Assembly (NCBI RefSeq): GCF_036321535.1
Contig: NC_087447.1
Span: 47,494,001 to 47,558,000, forward strand
DNA: 64,000 nt
Reading direction: 5' to 3'
Source of the DNA: Camelus dromedarius
Lineage: Eukaryota
This document shows positions 50,740 through 63,600 of the stretch, piece by piece. The position numbers and the translations under genes are program-made. The first letter of the stretch is position 1; every line of letters begins with the position of its first letter. Under the pieces are notes generated by a model that ran no database searches, was not told where the DNA came from, and was given only the letters and a program-made list of their open reading frames with translations.

Positions 50740-51400
50740 ACCTCGAGGGCAGGGTCCGGGTGTGAAGGGGTCTTCAGGTCCCCAGCTTAGAGCGCAGCCA
50801 TGTCCAGAGCGCCAGTTACTGTTGATTTCGGTCCGGGCGCGGTGGGGTTAAGGAACACTGGCCCCGGAGGCCCCGCCTGCGGAGCGCACCAACAGGCGTG
50901 GGCGAAACCGCCCTGTCCTCTCCGATCCTGATCCCCGATCACTGTCCCGACAGCGACAGGAGACCCCACTCAGGGGAGACTTTTCTGTGGGGTCCGGGTG
51001 GTCCGACTCTGGGGGCTGCTTCCCTCCAGGTTTTCGTTCCTTTCTCCCCTCAAGAACCCTCTTAGAACAATCCGGGGATTCCCCGCTGCTGCCCGCCCCC
51101 TGACGTCACGGAGTCCCTTCGGGGCCCCGCCCCGGCCCGGCCACGCCTCCCTCCGCTGGAGGAGCGCTTGGTGCTGGCGGGACTGAGCGGCCATGGCGGG
51201 GCCAGAAGACCCCGGCGCTCCCGCTGCCCAATGGAAAAGACACATCGTGCGGCAGCTTCGACAGCGAGACCGCACGCAAAAAGCACTCTTTCTGGAGCTA
51301 GTGCCGGCCTGTGAGTGCAGTGCGTCCTGGGGCCTTAGATGGCCGTCGAGGGGATGGGGCTCGGGGCTCGGGTTTGTCTGGCTCCTCGGGCTGTATGTGA
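50740..51400 (+). promoter_or_regulatory. ATG16L2: CpG island promoter of ATG16L2 with kB site, GC box and full CRE
   Basis: GGGGATTCCCC 51074-51084, GCCCGCCCCC 51091-51100, TGACGTCA 51101-51108, all ~85-120 nt upstream of the ATG. Confidence 0.8.
51193..51310 (+). CDS. ATG16L2: ATG16L2 exon 1 coding part
   Basis: GCCATGG Kozak; donor CCT|GTGAGT. Confidence 0.95.
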
Positions 51401-51639
51401 CCCAAGTGCACCAATGCCTTTTCTTTGGCGCACTTTTCTTTTCGCCTCCGAAGCCTTGGGCCAGCTAGATCTTCAGTCTGTTACGCTCCAGCTCCGACTA
51501 GCCAGCATTCTTGCCCTTTCCAGGCCAGGCTCTGCTTAGATCCCCTTCCTGGACCCGCTGGGTGCCCTGCTCTTCCTCGCCCCTCAGGGCCAAGCTCTGC
51601 CTCCCACATACTGGGCTTCCTAGGGGCAGATTCGTCAGC

Positions 51640-51674
<35 letters not shown>

Positions 51675-54600
51675 GGTCTTTTATACTTCCCCTTCCTGGG
51701 CAGTCCCCGGAGTAGAGCCAGGTCAGTTCTTTTGGTTCCCGTAAGCACAGTGAAAGAACGCAGGACTGTCTAGAGCAGCTACTTTTAAACTCTGAATCTC
51801 CAGGGAGGAAGCTCAGAGCCTGAGGCTTTGCCACAGATAGGTGATTCTGGCTCAGGTTTTTGGAGCATCTCTGTGTCCAGCCAACCACAGCCTGAGGGAG
51901 AAGCAGTGGGCTGCAGGCCGTGGAGGGAGGTGGCTGAGCCTAGGGAAGTCAGACTGAGTTGTTTCTGGGGAGCTGGTCACGAGCAGGTACTGGCAGCTCA
52001 AACCAGGATGAACAGGTGTGTATCTCTGTGTAGCACCTCTGGTCATCTGAGATTGTACGTCTGTGGTTGAAAGTGTACCCACCTACAGCTCCACCCCAAC
52101 AACTGAATTTGCTACTTTTGTCCTGGGAGGTTTCTTCGCAACCTTTTGGGCTGCTTGGTCTTCTCCCTTCAGGAATGTGAGGCCAGCCCCCGTCTCTAGG
52201 CAGCCTCACTTCTTCACTGCTTTGATGGGCACTGGAACCATCCAATTTGAGGGAGGAGTCACTTCACTTCCACCCCCTGGGAGCTGCAAATCTGTGGGAC
52301 TGGAGAGATCCTGGAGGGCTGCACTCAGACACTGAAAATCCAGTCTTCCCTGTAGTCTTGGGCAGGTCATATCCCTAAGCCTTGGATTTCTCTCTCTTGT
52401 TAAACTGGGCAAAATCTTCTTTAGATTTGCTGGGGGCAGTGCAGTGCCCTGGGGGTTGGGGTGGGGTTTTGTTCGAGAACCAGGCCAGTGACCTCAGTCA
52501 AGATGACAGGTAGGGAATGGGGTGAGGGAAAGGAGCTGAGGAGCTAGGGCTGGGCTTAACACTCCTACACTATCCTGCCCTGGAACTGGTGAGAAAAGAG
52601 GAAGTGACCATGGGTAGGGGTAGAGGGGTTGTGTTCTAGGGTCTATAGCAGAAACTACCAAACTCAAGGACTTTCTGTTTTGGCGTGGGAGGTACCTTAC
52701 ACCAACCCTGGGGAAGTAAGGATTGTTGTTTAGTCCAGAAAGTTAGAGTTCCTGGAGGGGAAGTAACTTGCCAAAGGCTACAGGCTGGTGGCACTCAGTT
52801 TGTTTCCTCACTCTCTGGAGCTAGGCCCTGACCTAGAGGATCGATCCCTGGCCCCTTCCTTCCCTGGGACAGCAGTGCCCAGCCATCTCCTTCCCCAGCA
52901 GCAGCTATCCTTCTCTGTCCCTGGGAGAGCAGATCTTTTCCTGGGAGGGCCTGGGGGTTATACTCTGAGGAGGCTGGGCAAGGGCTGGAGGTCCTGGGAG
53001 AGCTACACAAACACTCCCCAGGCAAGGGCAGAGTCCAGCCTGCCAGTAGCTCCCCATCTGCATCCCTGGGCTCCTGCAGCACTCCCAGAAGAGAGGTCAC
53101 TTGTACACCTGGAGTCTGCTGGGAAGTGTCTGTCTTTGCCCCAGGCTCACCCTCTTGCACCCCTAGATAACCGTCTCCTAGAGAAGGCTGAGCTGCTAGC
53201 CCGGTTCTCAGAGAAGCTGCAGCCAGAGCCAAACGATGTCACTCCCGCTACCCACCAGGGCCCCTGGTAAGTGTATGTGTGTTTGTGGTCACAATGGGCT
53301 TCCTGTGCCTGGGCCCTGCCCCCACTGCCTATGCTGGGTTCATTCTCTCCCTGGCACCTCACTGGCCCCTGGCTGCTGCCCAGGGGAGGGGGGAGGCAGG
53401 CTCTTGATCCTTCCCCCAGGCCAGCTGCTTAGAGTGTTTCTCCATCACCCTTCTCAGTCTATCTCTGCATTTGTCCCATCTCCTCCCCCTCCCACTTCCA
53501 TGCTCCTCTGTCTTTTTCTGTTTCCCTGACCCTCCCCTGATGCCTACAGAAAGGGCATGATGCCACCTATTCCAAAGATGGGGTGAAGATGAGGACCAGG
53601 AAAGGGTTAGGGCTTAGAGTTGGGAGGTGCTTTTTGAGGAGCATCCTGGCCAGGGAACTCAAGGCCCGGGGGAATCCTAGAGCGGAGGGCAGCCCCAGTT
53701 TCTGGAGACTTGCTCTTTCCTCTTCTGGCTTTTTGGCTCCCACCCTCCTCAGGAGAAAGTTCAAGGCTCTGGTTTCAAATTTTCATGTGCATCCTCTGGG
53801 TGAATGGAGGGACAGTGAACACTACTCTCTGATTGGTTGACAGGGAAGAGGAGTCAGGGCCTGACTCAGACCAAGTCCCATCACCAGCTGCTCAGAGGGT
53901 GAAGTGGCAAGAGGAGGAAGAGGGGCTCCGGCTGGTGTGTGGAGAGGTAGGCTGGGCAGGGGTCTGAGAGAGAATGAGGTGGGGCCAGGATCCAGGACTT
54001 TGGGGCTGGGAGATGTGGTCCAAGGAGCCAGCAAGTGAGGGACATTCCCTAAATCCAATGCCTTGAGGCTAGACAGGGGTCAGAGTGCTCTCTAGCTTGG
54101 CTCTGGCAGCCCAGGATGAAGTGGGCTCCAACAGCAGCTGGAAGAAGTAGGTGAGAGCTCAGGGAGGAGTTGTGTGGGGACCAGACAGCCTCTGTTCTCC
54201 CTTCTGGATGGTCCAGCCTGCTCTGCTCATCACTTGCCCCGCAAACCCCAGGACCCAGCACCAGGTGATACTCAATACACATTTGCAGACTAAAAGTAAG
54301 GTGGTCCACCTCCATGGCATGGGTGCTTCCTCCACCTGACACTGCACTGCTGCCAACCCCCAATCTCCACCTCCATGGTGTCTCTTGGCTTGTTTTACCA
54401 CATTCTCCTGGTTTTCCTCTCATTTCTACAGCTGTTGTTTCTGGGTTTTTTTTTGCGGGGGTAAGGAGGGAGAGGTAATTAGGTTTATTTATTTATTCTT
54501 GGAGGAGGTACTGGGGATTGAACCCAGGATGCGTGCTAAGCATGAGCTATACCCTCCCCTCTCATAGCTGTTGTTTCTGAACTTTCTTCTCTGGCTCCTC

Positions 54601-57600
54601 TCCCTCCTCTTTATTCCCCTCCATTTAGATGTGGGTGTTCTTTGGAGCTTGGGTGAGTTCACTGACTCCCGTGGCCTCAGAGACTTCTCTGTGTTTGCTA
54701 TTCCCAGAACCATCTCTAGCTCAGCCATCTCATATGAGCTCCAGACTTTCTTACTCAGTTGCTTTTTGGACTTCACATCTAAAATCAGACTCAGCATCGC
54801 CCTTAAAATAATATGGCCAACGCCACCTTAAGGCAACTCCCTGAGGGCACTGGGCATTAAGCATTACTTTGGCTAATCTGCCACAACTTTATGGTTTCAG
54901 AGGAAAATGAGGCTTAGGGAGGTAGAGCCAGGATTTGGACTCCCTCCCACCAATCCACCTTCAGTGATCTCCATTCATTCTTCCAGTACTGACAATCACT
55001 ATATCTAAGGCATAGGCAATGCAGCAGTAAACACGACTTGGCCCCATGGAGCTTCCAGTCCACTGGAGGAGGCTTATAGGCCAGTAAACACCTACCTGGT
55101 TACTACAGGCCAAGTCACTTGCTCATCTACCGTGGAGATGGGGCTATGAACCCAGTGAGAGCCTCTCCTGCAGAGCCCCTGTTGCAGCTTTACATTTGAG
55201 AGGCTCTCAAACATCTGAGCCTCCTTCTGGGCTGGGAGTGTCTCAAGGCCTGGGATGCCTTTGGTTTGCCTCTGTTGTATCCCTGGGGCCAGGTTCCCCA
55301 CAGTCCACACTAATGAATATTTGTAGACTAGGTGATAAATGAGGTATATCATTCTTCCCTCTGTTGGTAACCAGCCACGAGGTTAGAAGCTCAAGGGCAT
55401 CTCTTACCCGTCCCAGCCCTCCATCCTGAGCTAGTCACCTCCAAATCCATCAACTTCTGTTTCTTGTACCCTATCTGGCCTGGTCCAGGTTACTATCTTC
55501 CCTCCCTGGATGACTCCTCCTTTGGCACCGCCATCCATTCTCCATTCAGCACTCGAGTGATGTATTTTAATAAAAAAAAAAAGATCTCCATTGAAAAAGA
55601 CAAGTAATATACTAATACATGCTTGTTGTGAACATTTCAGTAGAACAGAGGCCCATAGAGTGAAAAAGTAAAAGTCCCTTTCACCACCTCTCCCCGTTAC
55701 TGGTTTGGTCTGTATCTTCCGAAGCTCCTTAGCCTGCGTCCCCAGTCAAGTCCTCTAGCCTCATGTTGCATTTCCTGGCACTCTCTCCTCTCTGAGCTCA
55801 TGTTTGTTTCAGATACTTCCATGCACCCCTCACCTTCAGCACTCCCTCATCACTTCCTCGGACACATACCAGTCAGGTATCCCATTGGATATGCCAGGAG
55901 ACAGGGAGGCTTTTTCTTTAATTCTTAATACTCTTCCACATATCACAACAAGCATGTATTATTATTGTTTTAACTTCTTATTTTGAAATGCAGTGCAGAG
56001 AGGTCCTGTGTACCCTTTACCCAGTTTCCCCTAGTGGTTACATCTTACGTAACCATAGTACACACAACTGGGAAATTGATATTGGTATAAAGTGTATATA
56101 GTTCTTTGTCATTTTGTCACCTATGTAGATTTGTGTGCCCATCAAGATACAGCACTATTTCATCACCACAAAGATCTCCCTCTTGCTACCCCATTTTTGT
56201 CACAATTCAGCCCTCTTCTCCAGCCATCCCTAACTCCTGGCAGCCACTAATTTGTTTTCCATCTCTATTATTTAAATTTTGAAAAGCATCCAGAAAAATG
56301 TCGAATACTAAAACATCAGTGAAAGTATATGATGGGTGAGGAAGCAGAAGTGGTGGTCAGATTGTTTAATGGAAGGAATTATAAATGTTATAAACTGGGC
56401 TATCTATGAAGGAAAGCTCCCTGCCCAAAATGTGCACTGTCCCCCCCTCCCCGGCCCACTCACACAGTCAATGCAGGGGGACACCAACCTTGCTCCTCAA
56501 CCCATCCCTCACCAGGCCCTGCCGTGAGAAAGAACACAGGAACAGTTCAGCAGCAAGAGCCCCCAGCCTTGGTTATTTCATGTTCTTCTTGTCATACTAT
56601 TGGAAACAGCTTTGCTTGGCGTCTGTCTCTCCCACTGACCTGTCAGTTCTGTGGTTCCCTAGCTCTTGGCTCTTAGTTGAAGGACTGTTCAGTGAGGCAG
56701 GGGGATAGATGAGATGACCCTTAACCCCACTGTTGGGCTGGGAGGAACTCCAATATTCAGTCTGGGCCCTGTGCTCCCACAGTCCATTCCTGTTCTTAGC
56801 CCATCTGTCTCTGCTCAGGTCTCCTTGTTGCTCTCTAGGATCTATGCTTGGGTAGGCCAGGGCTTGAAGGGATGGGGAACAGAACACACATCCCTTAAAC
56901 CTCTCCAGTAGACCAGTCCTTTAACTTGGAGCATGCTGTCAGGTGGCCTGGGTTCAGATATCAGTTATGCCACTTAGCTGTGTGACTTTGGGTAAGACAC
57001 TTAACCTCTCTGTGTCAGTGTCCTCGTCTGTAAAATGGGAATGGCAATACCTACTGGATGGTTGTGTTACGGGTATTAAACGAGTTAATACGTGTAGAGT
57101 GCTCAGAACAAGACCTGGCACACATAAGTGCCATAAAAATGATCACAATTATTTGAAATACTATTCCTTATAGTAATTCCGTGTTATCCCCATGAGGTAA
57201 GCACTACCATTCCTATTGGGCAGGTGAGGAAACGGAGCAGGTTCAGAGAGGTTAAATGACCACCCCAGGGCACAGGAAAAATAAGCGGCGCTGCCAGGAC
57301 TGAAACTCTGGTGTTAGGCTCCAGAGCCTAAGGCCCTTCCGTTGATCCCTGAAACAGCAGTGCATTCCTGTGCAAGGTGCTACACCTGTCTGCGCCTCAG
57401 CTTTCTCGTGAGGAAGGGGGCGGGTGGGAGGAGAGGAAACCCTGTCCTACCAGCCTCTCCTGCCGGAGAGGGGTTGGAGGCCCTGCCCAGAGGCGCCCAC
57501 GCCCACCTGTGTGGCCTCTCCGCTGCCCGCCTCCGCAGATGGCCTACCAGGTGGTGGTGAAGAGCGAGGCGCTCGGCGCCCTGGAGTCGCAGCTGGGCGA

Positions 57601-60600
57601 ACGGCGAGGCAGGTGAGGCGCGGGCGGTGCGAGAGGGACCCTGCGCACCTCGGGGAGGCTCGGGGCCATCCCTGGCGGGAGAAGGGGACAGGGTCACCAG
57701 CAGGGTCCGGAAGCTTTCCCCACGTCCCCCCAAACGTCCCTCACGCCTGTGGCTGGTCGCAGGGGCCTGGAACCGTAGGACTCCAGGACTGATGGCTTGG
57801 TTGAGGATGTTGCTTAGCCGTCTAGCTGGCCGCGTGGCCAGGAGCAAATCTGTCCCAGCTCCAGGACCGCTGTCCCCCCAGAGGTGACAGGTTCTCCCCG
57901 TCCTCCAGGCTGGCGGCTTTAGAGGCACGCGTGGCGCAGTTGCAGGAAGCGCGGGCGCAGGGGGTGCAGCAGGTAGACGCGCGGTGCGCGCTGAATGAGG
58001 CGCAGCGGGAGGCTTACGAGGCGCTGCGTGCGCGCGCCGGGCACCTGGAAGCGGCACTGCGCAGGCTCGAGGAAGAGGCCCGCGACCTGGTGGAGCGGCT
58101 GGTGCAGCGCAAGGCGCGCGCGGCCGCTGAGCGTAACCTGCGCAACGAGCGCCGCGAGAGGTGAGAGAGCTGGACCCGCCTCCGGGAGGCGAGCGGGTCG
58201 CGCGCCCTGTGGGAGAAGGGCCTGGCCCCGCCCTTCAAGAACCAGAGCCTGGCTCTCAGGAGGCTTTTCTCCGCTTAGGGCCAAGCAGGCGCGGGTATCC
58301 CTGGAGCTGAAGAAAGCAGCCAAGCGGACAGTGAGCATCAGCGAGTAAGAGTGGGAATGCGCCTGGACCTGCCTGCCGAGCCTCGGTCGCCGGCTCCGCC
58401 CCGCGTGCTCTGGAGCGCCCTGCTCTTGAGCCATTACAGTTCTACCCTGCCCCCATCTGCCTGCGGCTGCCTGTGCACCTGACTGCGCGTGTGCACAGTT
58501 GCAGTGCCGAGGCCCCCACGCTGACCAAGCCCAGCACACGTGCAGACACGTGTGATCATAGGAGCTAGCACACGCGCGCCCACACGGACCCCTTGTCACT
58601 GGGTCTGCACATCTTCACTCAGTAGGGCGCAGGGGCATGGAGGTGTCAGCCTGGTCCTTTGGCTTTTCTGAGCTTCATTCTCTCTTCCAGGAGCCCAGAC
58701 ACACTAGGTGATGGGATCATAGAGGAAGCAGAAACTCTAGCTCTGGCTGCTGAGCCAGAGTCCCTGGAGAGTGAGGCTGGCGAGAAATGGAAGAGGCCCT
58801 TCAGGTGAGGACTGCCCCAGAGCTCTGAGCTGGGCCCCACCCCACCTCTAGGACCTTGGGCCAGTTCTTGGGTTGAGATGGGCCTTGAGGAGAGACTGGG
58901 GTACAGTTCAAGCCTCCAAGGACAGATCTGACCTCCAGTGCCTAGAGCCAGTTGGGGTCAGTGCCACCTCAGGGACCCCAGCCTCTGACTTCACCCCTTT
59001 TTCCTCCTTCCCAAGAGCAGAGCACTGGGGGTGGGATGTCAGGCTGGTGAAAGGGTGTGACCAGGTGGCAACCTGTGGGCAAGGCCCAGGGCTCACCTGT
59101 CATAGGCATGTGTGTGCATACACAGGGACATCAGAGCACGTGTGTGTACAAGCTTAGGTGAGCATAGCTGAGTGCTTGTGAACATATGAGCATGTATTGA
59201 TGTGAGCTCTCATGGGTGAGTCCTGACTGGGGCTTCAGTCCTTGGGTGCCCCTCCCCTTGATCTCCCCCATCTGTCTTGATTTGCCTGGCATTGAGACTG
59301 CCCCCTCCTTGCTCCATTCCCCAGTCTGAAGGCTCTCCTTCAGCCCTCCCTTGTAGGTCACTGGTGTCCAGACCTTAGGGTAGTGAAAAAACCCTGGGGA
59401 AGGGTATAACATACCAGTCCTCAAAGCCTTGGCAGCCCCAGTGGGAGCTCTCCTGGGCATTTTTGAGGTCACTCAGTGGGTCAAAGTTTCCTTACCCCCC
59501 TGCCCCCAGCTTTGTGCTATTTCAGCCTGGGGGCACCTTCACACATACACCCCCCCACCCCCATGTAGGTACCAGCTCACCCTCCCAGGAGCTTTTGTTG
59601 GGGGGCCCTTGAGGTGGTAAGGTAGTTCTTAACCATCATGATGGAAACTTTGGGAGGCTTCATTCCAAATCCCTCCCTGCCTCCACCTTCCTGGGACTAC
59701 TCTAGGTCACCTTGCTCTCCTGGCCTTGGAGGAGCCAAGTTCTTATCCCAGCTCAAGAGTGTAGCTGTCTGCACACCTACTGGCCAGTCCCTTAGCATGT
59801 CTCTCTCGATTCTGCCCCAGGTCTGCCTCTGCCACCTCCCTGACGCTGTCCCGCTGTGTGGATGTGGTGAAGGGGCTTCTAGAGTAAGTGTGTGTGCACT
59901 GATGTGTGTGATGGGGTTGGGCCTCTTGGATGCCTGTGTCAGGCTCCTGGAGCCCAGGCTTGGGCTAGGTATGCGCTTCGGTCTGCCTTTCTGTATGTTG
60001 CCCAGCAGTCTGTGTTTGAGTCTCTGCTAAGCCCAAGAGGCAGGAGCTGGGTGCATGGCCTCATTCCCAATCTGCTGTCCTCCAAGGCTCTGTCCTTCAT
60101 CCAAGGTCCTCACAGGGGACCAAGAGCTCCAGCCTGAGGCCAAACAGGAACTACTACTCATTTGGGAAGCTGAGGCTCAGAAATTTCAGGGATTTGTTCA
60201 TGGTCACAGTGCCAAGCAGTGGGAAGGCCAGGACTGAAACCCCAGCTCTGAGATTTCTTTGCATCCACCAACACTGCCCTGCCTCTGTGCCTGTCTCTGT
60301 GTCCCTCCTGTCTCCACATTGATCCCTGGGGTCAGAGGCTGGTGGGGACTGTGCTTGCTGCATCTCTGGGTCATTTTCTGCTGCCTTCCATGTTGCTGCC
60401 TCAGAGACGCTTGAGTCTCCTGTGTCAGAAGGCCTTACTGAATGCCCTCCTGACCCTCTCCCCCAGTTTCAAGAAGAGGAGAGGCCACTCAATAGGGGGA
60501 GCCCCTGAGCAGCGATACCAGAGCATCCCTATGTGCGTGGCTGCCCGACTTCCTACTCGAGCTCAGGATATGCTGGTAAGGATCTGGGCCACGTGCATGG

Positions 60601-63600
60601 GGTACTGATATGGGGGTGCAGGTCTCAGGGGTGGTCCAAGGAGGCCAGGAGGCAAGGCTGGGCTCCTCATCAGGGGCCAGAGTTTTATTCCCACAGCCTG
60701 TGGTGGGAGCCCCTTGACATTTTATAATGAGAGGGAGAGACAGGAGGTAGGGAGACCAGGAGGCCAGGTAAGGGAGTATGGGGTAGCATTGGGGGAGGCT
60801 GCTGCAGGGGTCCAGTAGAGATGATGCACCCTGGCAGGGTCAAGTCTGAAGCTCAGGTTTGGACAGAGACCTAATGTGTGCATGGAGAGAGAGCTATGTG
60901 CATGTTTAAGAGGTGTGTATGATGAGGATCAGGGGCACCGACCTCCCCTTTTCCCCACAGGATGCCCACCTCTCCGAGGTCAACACTGTTTGTTTTGGCC
61001 CCAACAGCAGCCTTCTGGCCACTGGAGGGGCTGACCGGCTCATCCTCCTCTGGAATGTTGTGGGAGGTGAGGGTCTCTCCCCACAGGCCAGCTTAGTCCT
61101 TTATTTCCAGGCCCCACCCTTAGCTTGCTCCTTGGTGTTTTCTCACCTGGGACATTTTTGTGGACAGTTGTCAGATGACCCCTTGGCAAGAATTCTAGGA
61201 TCACTGCTCCTAAGAAGGGCAGAGCCTCCCACCTCCTGGGGTCTAGGCCTGTAGGATGGAGAGGGCTGAGTCCATATGGTCCCTGTTAGGGGGAGTGGGG
61301 ATCCCATGTCATCAGATTTTACAGGGACAGGCCCTTGAGAAGCAGATACCAGAGAAGCACCTCCTCTTTCAGAACTCAGTTATGGGACAAATATTAGCTA
61401 TCTAACCTGTGTTCTCCAGAGAGGGGTGCACTGGGGATTGAGAGATGGCTCCTGGAGGCTTCCTGAAGGAGGTGAGTCTCCAGCTGGCCTGGTCCTAGTT
61501 TGCCATGTGACCTAGGGACAGTCCCTTCTTGGGCTCCTCCAGCTGTCTGTGAGATAACCAGCAGCCCCCTGGGGCCCCCTGCTGGCAGTTCAGGAAGGTG
61601 TAGCCTTCAGCTAAACTCCCAGAACAGACCCAGCAATTCTTTTTGTCCTCTAAGTGGGGAGAGACTCATTTTCCCACTCACAGTCCAAGCTCCTCAGTTT
61701 CATGAGATTAGTGACCTCATTTCACCCATTCCTTCTCCTGATCCCCCCAGGTCGCCTGAAGGCCAACCAGACCCTTGAAGGAGCTGGCGGCAGCATCACC
61801 AGTGTGGACTTTGACCCCTCGGTGAGGGGACTTTGTCCCAGTAGCAGGATGTCCCTCCCCTGGTCTCCACACTGGGCAGGTCGGGGCTCTGGGACTTGAG
61901 GGAACATCATGTTTATCTTAGAGCCAGGCGCTCAGGCTCCTACACAAATCCTCCTCTTTGGGCCTTGATTTTCTTCTGCCTACGTAGGTGACCTGGGCTG
62001 GGAGATGCTCAGAGGCAGCCCCTGCCCCAGTTCTCTAGCCTGCAAGCTGTTGCCTCTGGCCAGGCCCAGGCCCAGAACCTCTCATTTCTACTCCTATCTC
62101 CCCAGGGCTCCCAGGTATTGGCAGCTACTTACAATAAGGCCGCCCAGCTCTGGAAGGTGGGGGAGGCACAGTCCAAGGTGAGACCTGTTTGGGAAGGCAG
62201 CCTGAGGGTCAGTGGTCATGGCTGGAGGGGTTTGTTATGGGGTCTTGGCCATACTCTTAATCCATATCTGGGATGGGGGGCAGGAGACACTATCTGGACA
62301 TGCAGACAAAGTGACAGCTGCCAAATTCAAGCTAACACGGCATCAGGCGGTGACTGGGAGCCGGGACCGGACAGTGAAGGAGTGGGACCTCGGCCGCGCC
62401 TACTGTGAGGCCCAGCTCCCCTCAACCCCCTTACCCACCCACCAGGAGCCCCCAGCCTGGGCCATGAGGGAACTCAGCCTGTTCACTGGGAGTGGCTCCA
62501 AGATTTATAGGCATCTGGGATGAAATCTCCCAAGGCCACTCTTCTGTCCCCCGTCAATGATACTTTCCTTGGTTACTTGGTGACCTTTGGGCTGAGAAGC
62601 AAGGGACTCAGGTTCTAGTTTTGGGTGGACACTGTCCCTCTGGGGCTTCTGGGCCTCAACTTATCCATATGTCCAGTGAGCTGGCTCCTGATAACCCTTT
62701 TCTCAGGCTAGGTCTCTGCTCTTTGGTCCTTAGGCTCCAGGACCATCAATGTCATTTCCTACTGTAACGACGTGGTGTGTGGGGACCATGTCATCATTAG
62801 TGGCCACAATGACCAGAAGATCCGGTTCTGGGACAGCAGGTTAACAGGCACAGGCCATGGGTGGTGGAGATGTGGGGACAGGGCTCCTATATTCTCTTCC
62901 TTTTTCTGGCCATTGAGCCATGGAGGGTAACTTGGGGAAGTGAGGCTCTGGTGGCCTCTGTGCCGGGCTTGGTCCCTTGAAGGCTCAGCTGCCTCAGAGA
63001 CCTGTGCCTCTTTCTTATTGGCCCTTGGTCCAACCATTGGACTCTGCCTGGGTCTTGCCTACCAAGATGGAGAAGTCTTTTTCCCCTGTAGTCACCACTT
63101 TTTAATCAAAAGGAACAAAATTTTTAGTTTTTTGAACCTAAGAGCCCAGCACTAGGCTTGAATGATTCACATTCAAGCCAGTGCTGGAGCCAGTACCAAG
63201 CCTGCATCTGGCTTCTCGTTACTCATCTGCAGTGATTGCCGTTTGAAACCCTTTCCTCTTTCACACATTTAAAGACAGACTTTCATTGCTTTCCCCCTGG
63301 CACTTATTTTAGTGACCCAAGGGTTTCGGGGGTTCCAGCTTCCAGCCAAAGGCTACCTAAGTTCCTGGTGGAGGTGCTGGCTCCAGTGGGAGATTAGTTG
63401 TCAGCCTTGGCCCCAGGGATTTGAGACTAGTGGTGCCTGTGGACTTTGTTAGCCTGTCAGGAGCAGCCTTGTCAGGGTGGGCTGCTCTTCATCCTTGTCT
63501 CTGCTCCTCAGGGGACCCCGCTGCATCCAGGTCATCCCTGTGCAGGGCCGGGTCACCTCCCTGAGCCTCAGCCACGACCAGCTGCATCTGCTCAGCTGTT

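Larger units (their letters stand above)
57450..58550. promoter_or_regulatory. Intragenic CpG island over ATG16L2 exons 4-6
   Basis: High CpG density in both the exons and the intervening introns. Confidence 0.6.

Noticed and set aside
57380..58599. Long minus-strand ORFs (225 and 226 aa)
   Set aside because: Antisense shadows of GC-rich ATG16L2 exons 4-6; low-complexity, no recognisable domain
62178..62283. Possible U12-type intron (CTCTTAAT branch-like motif, no pyrimidine tract)
   Set aside because: The 5' splice site is GTGAGA, not the U12 consensus GTATCCTT
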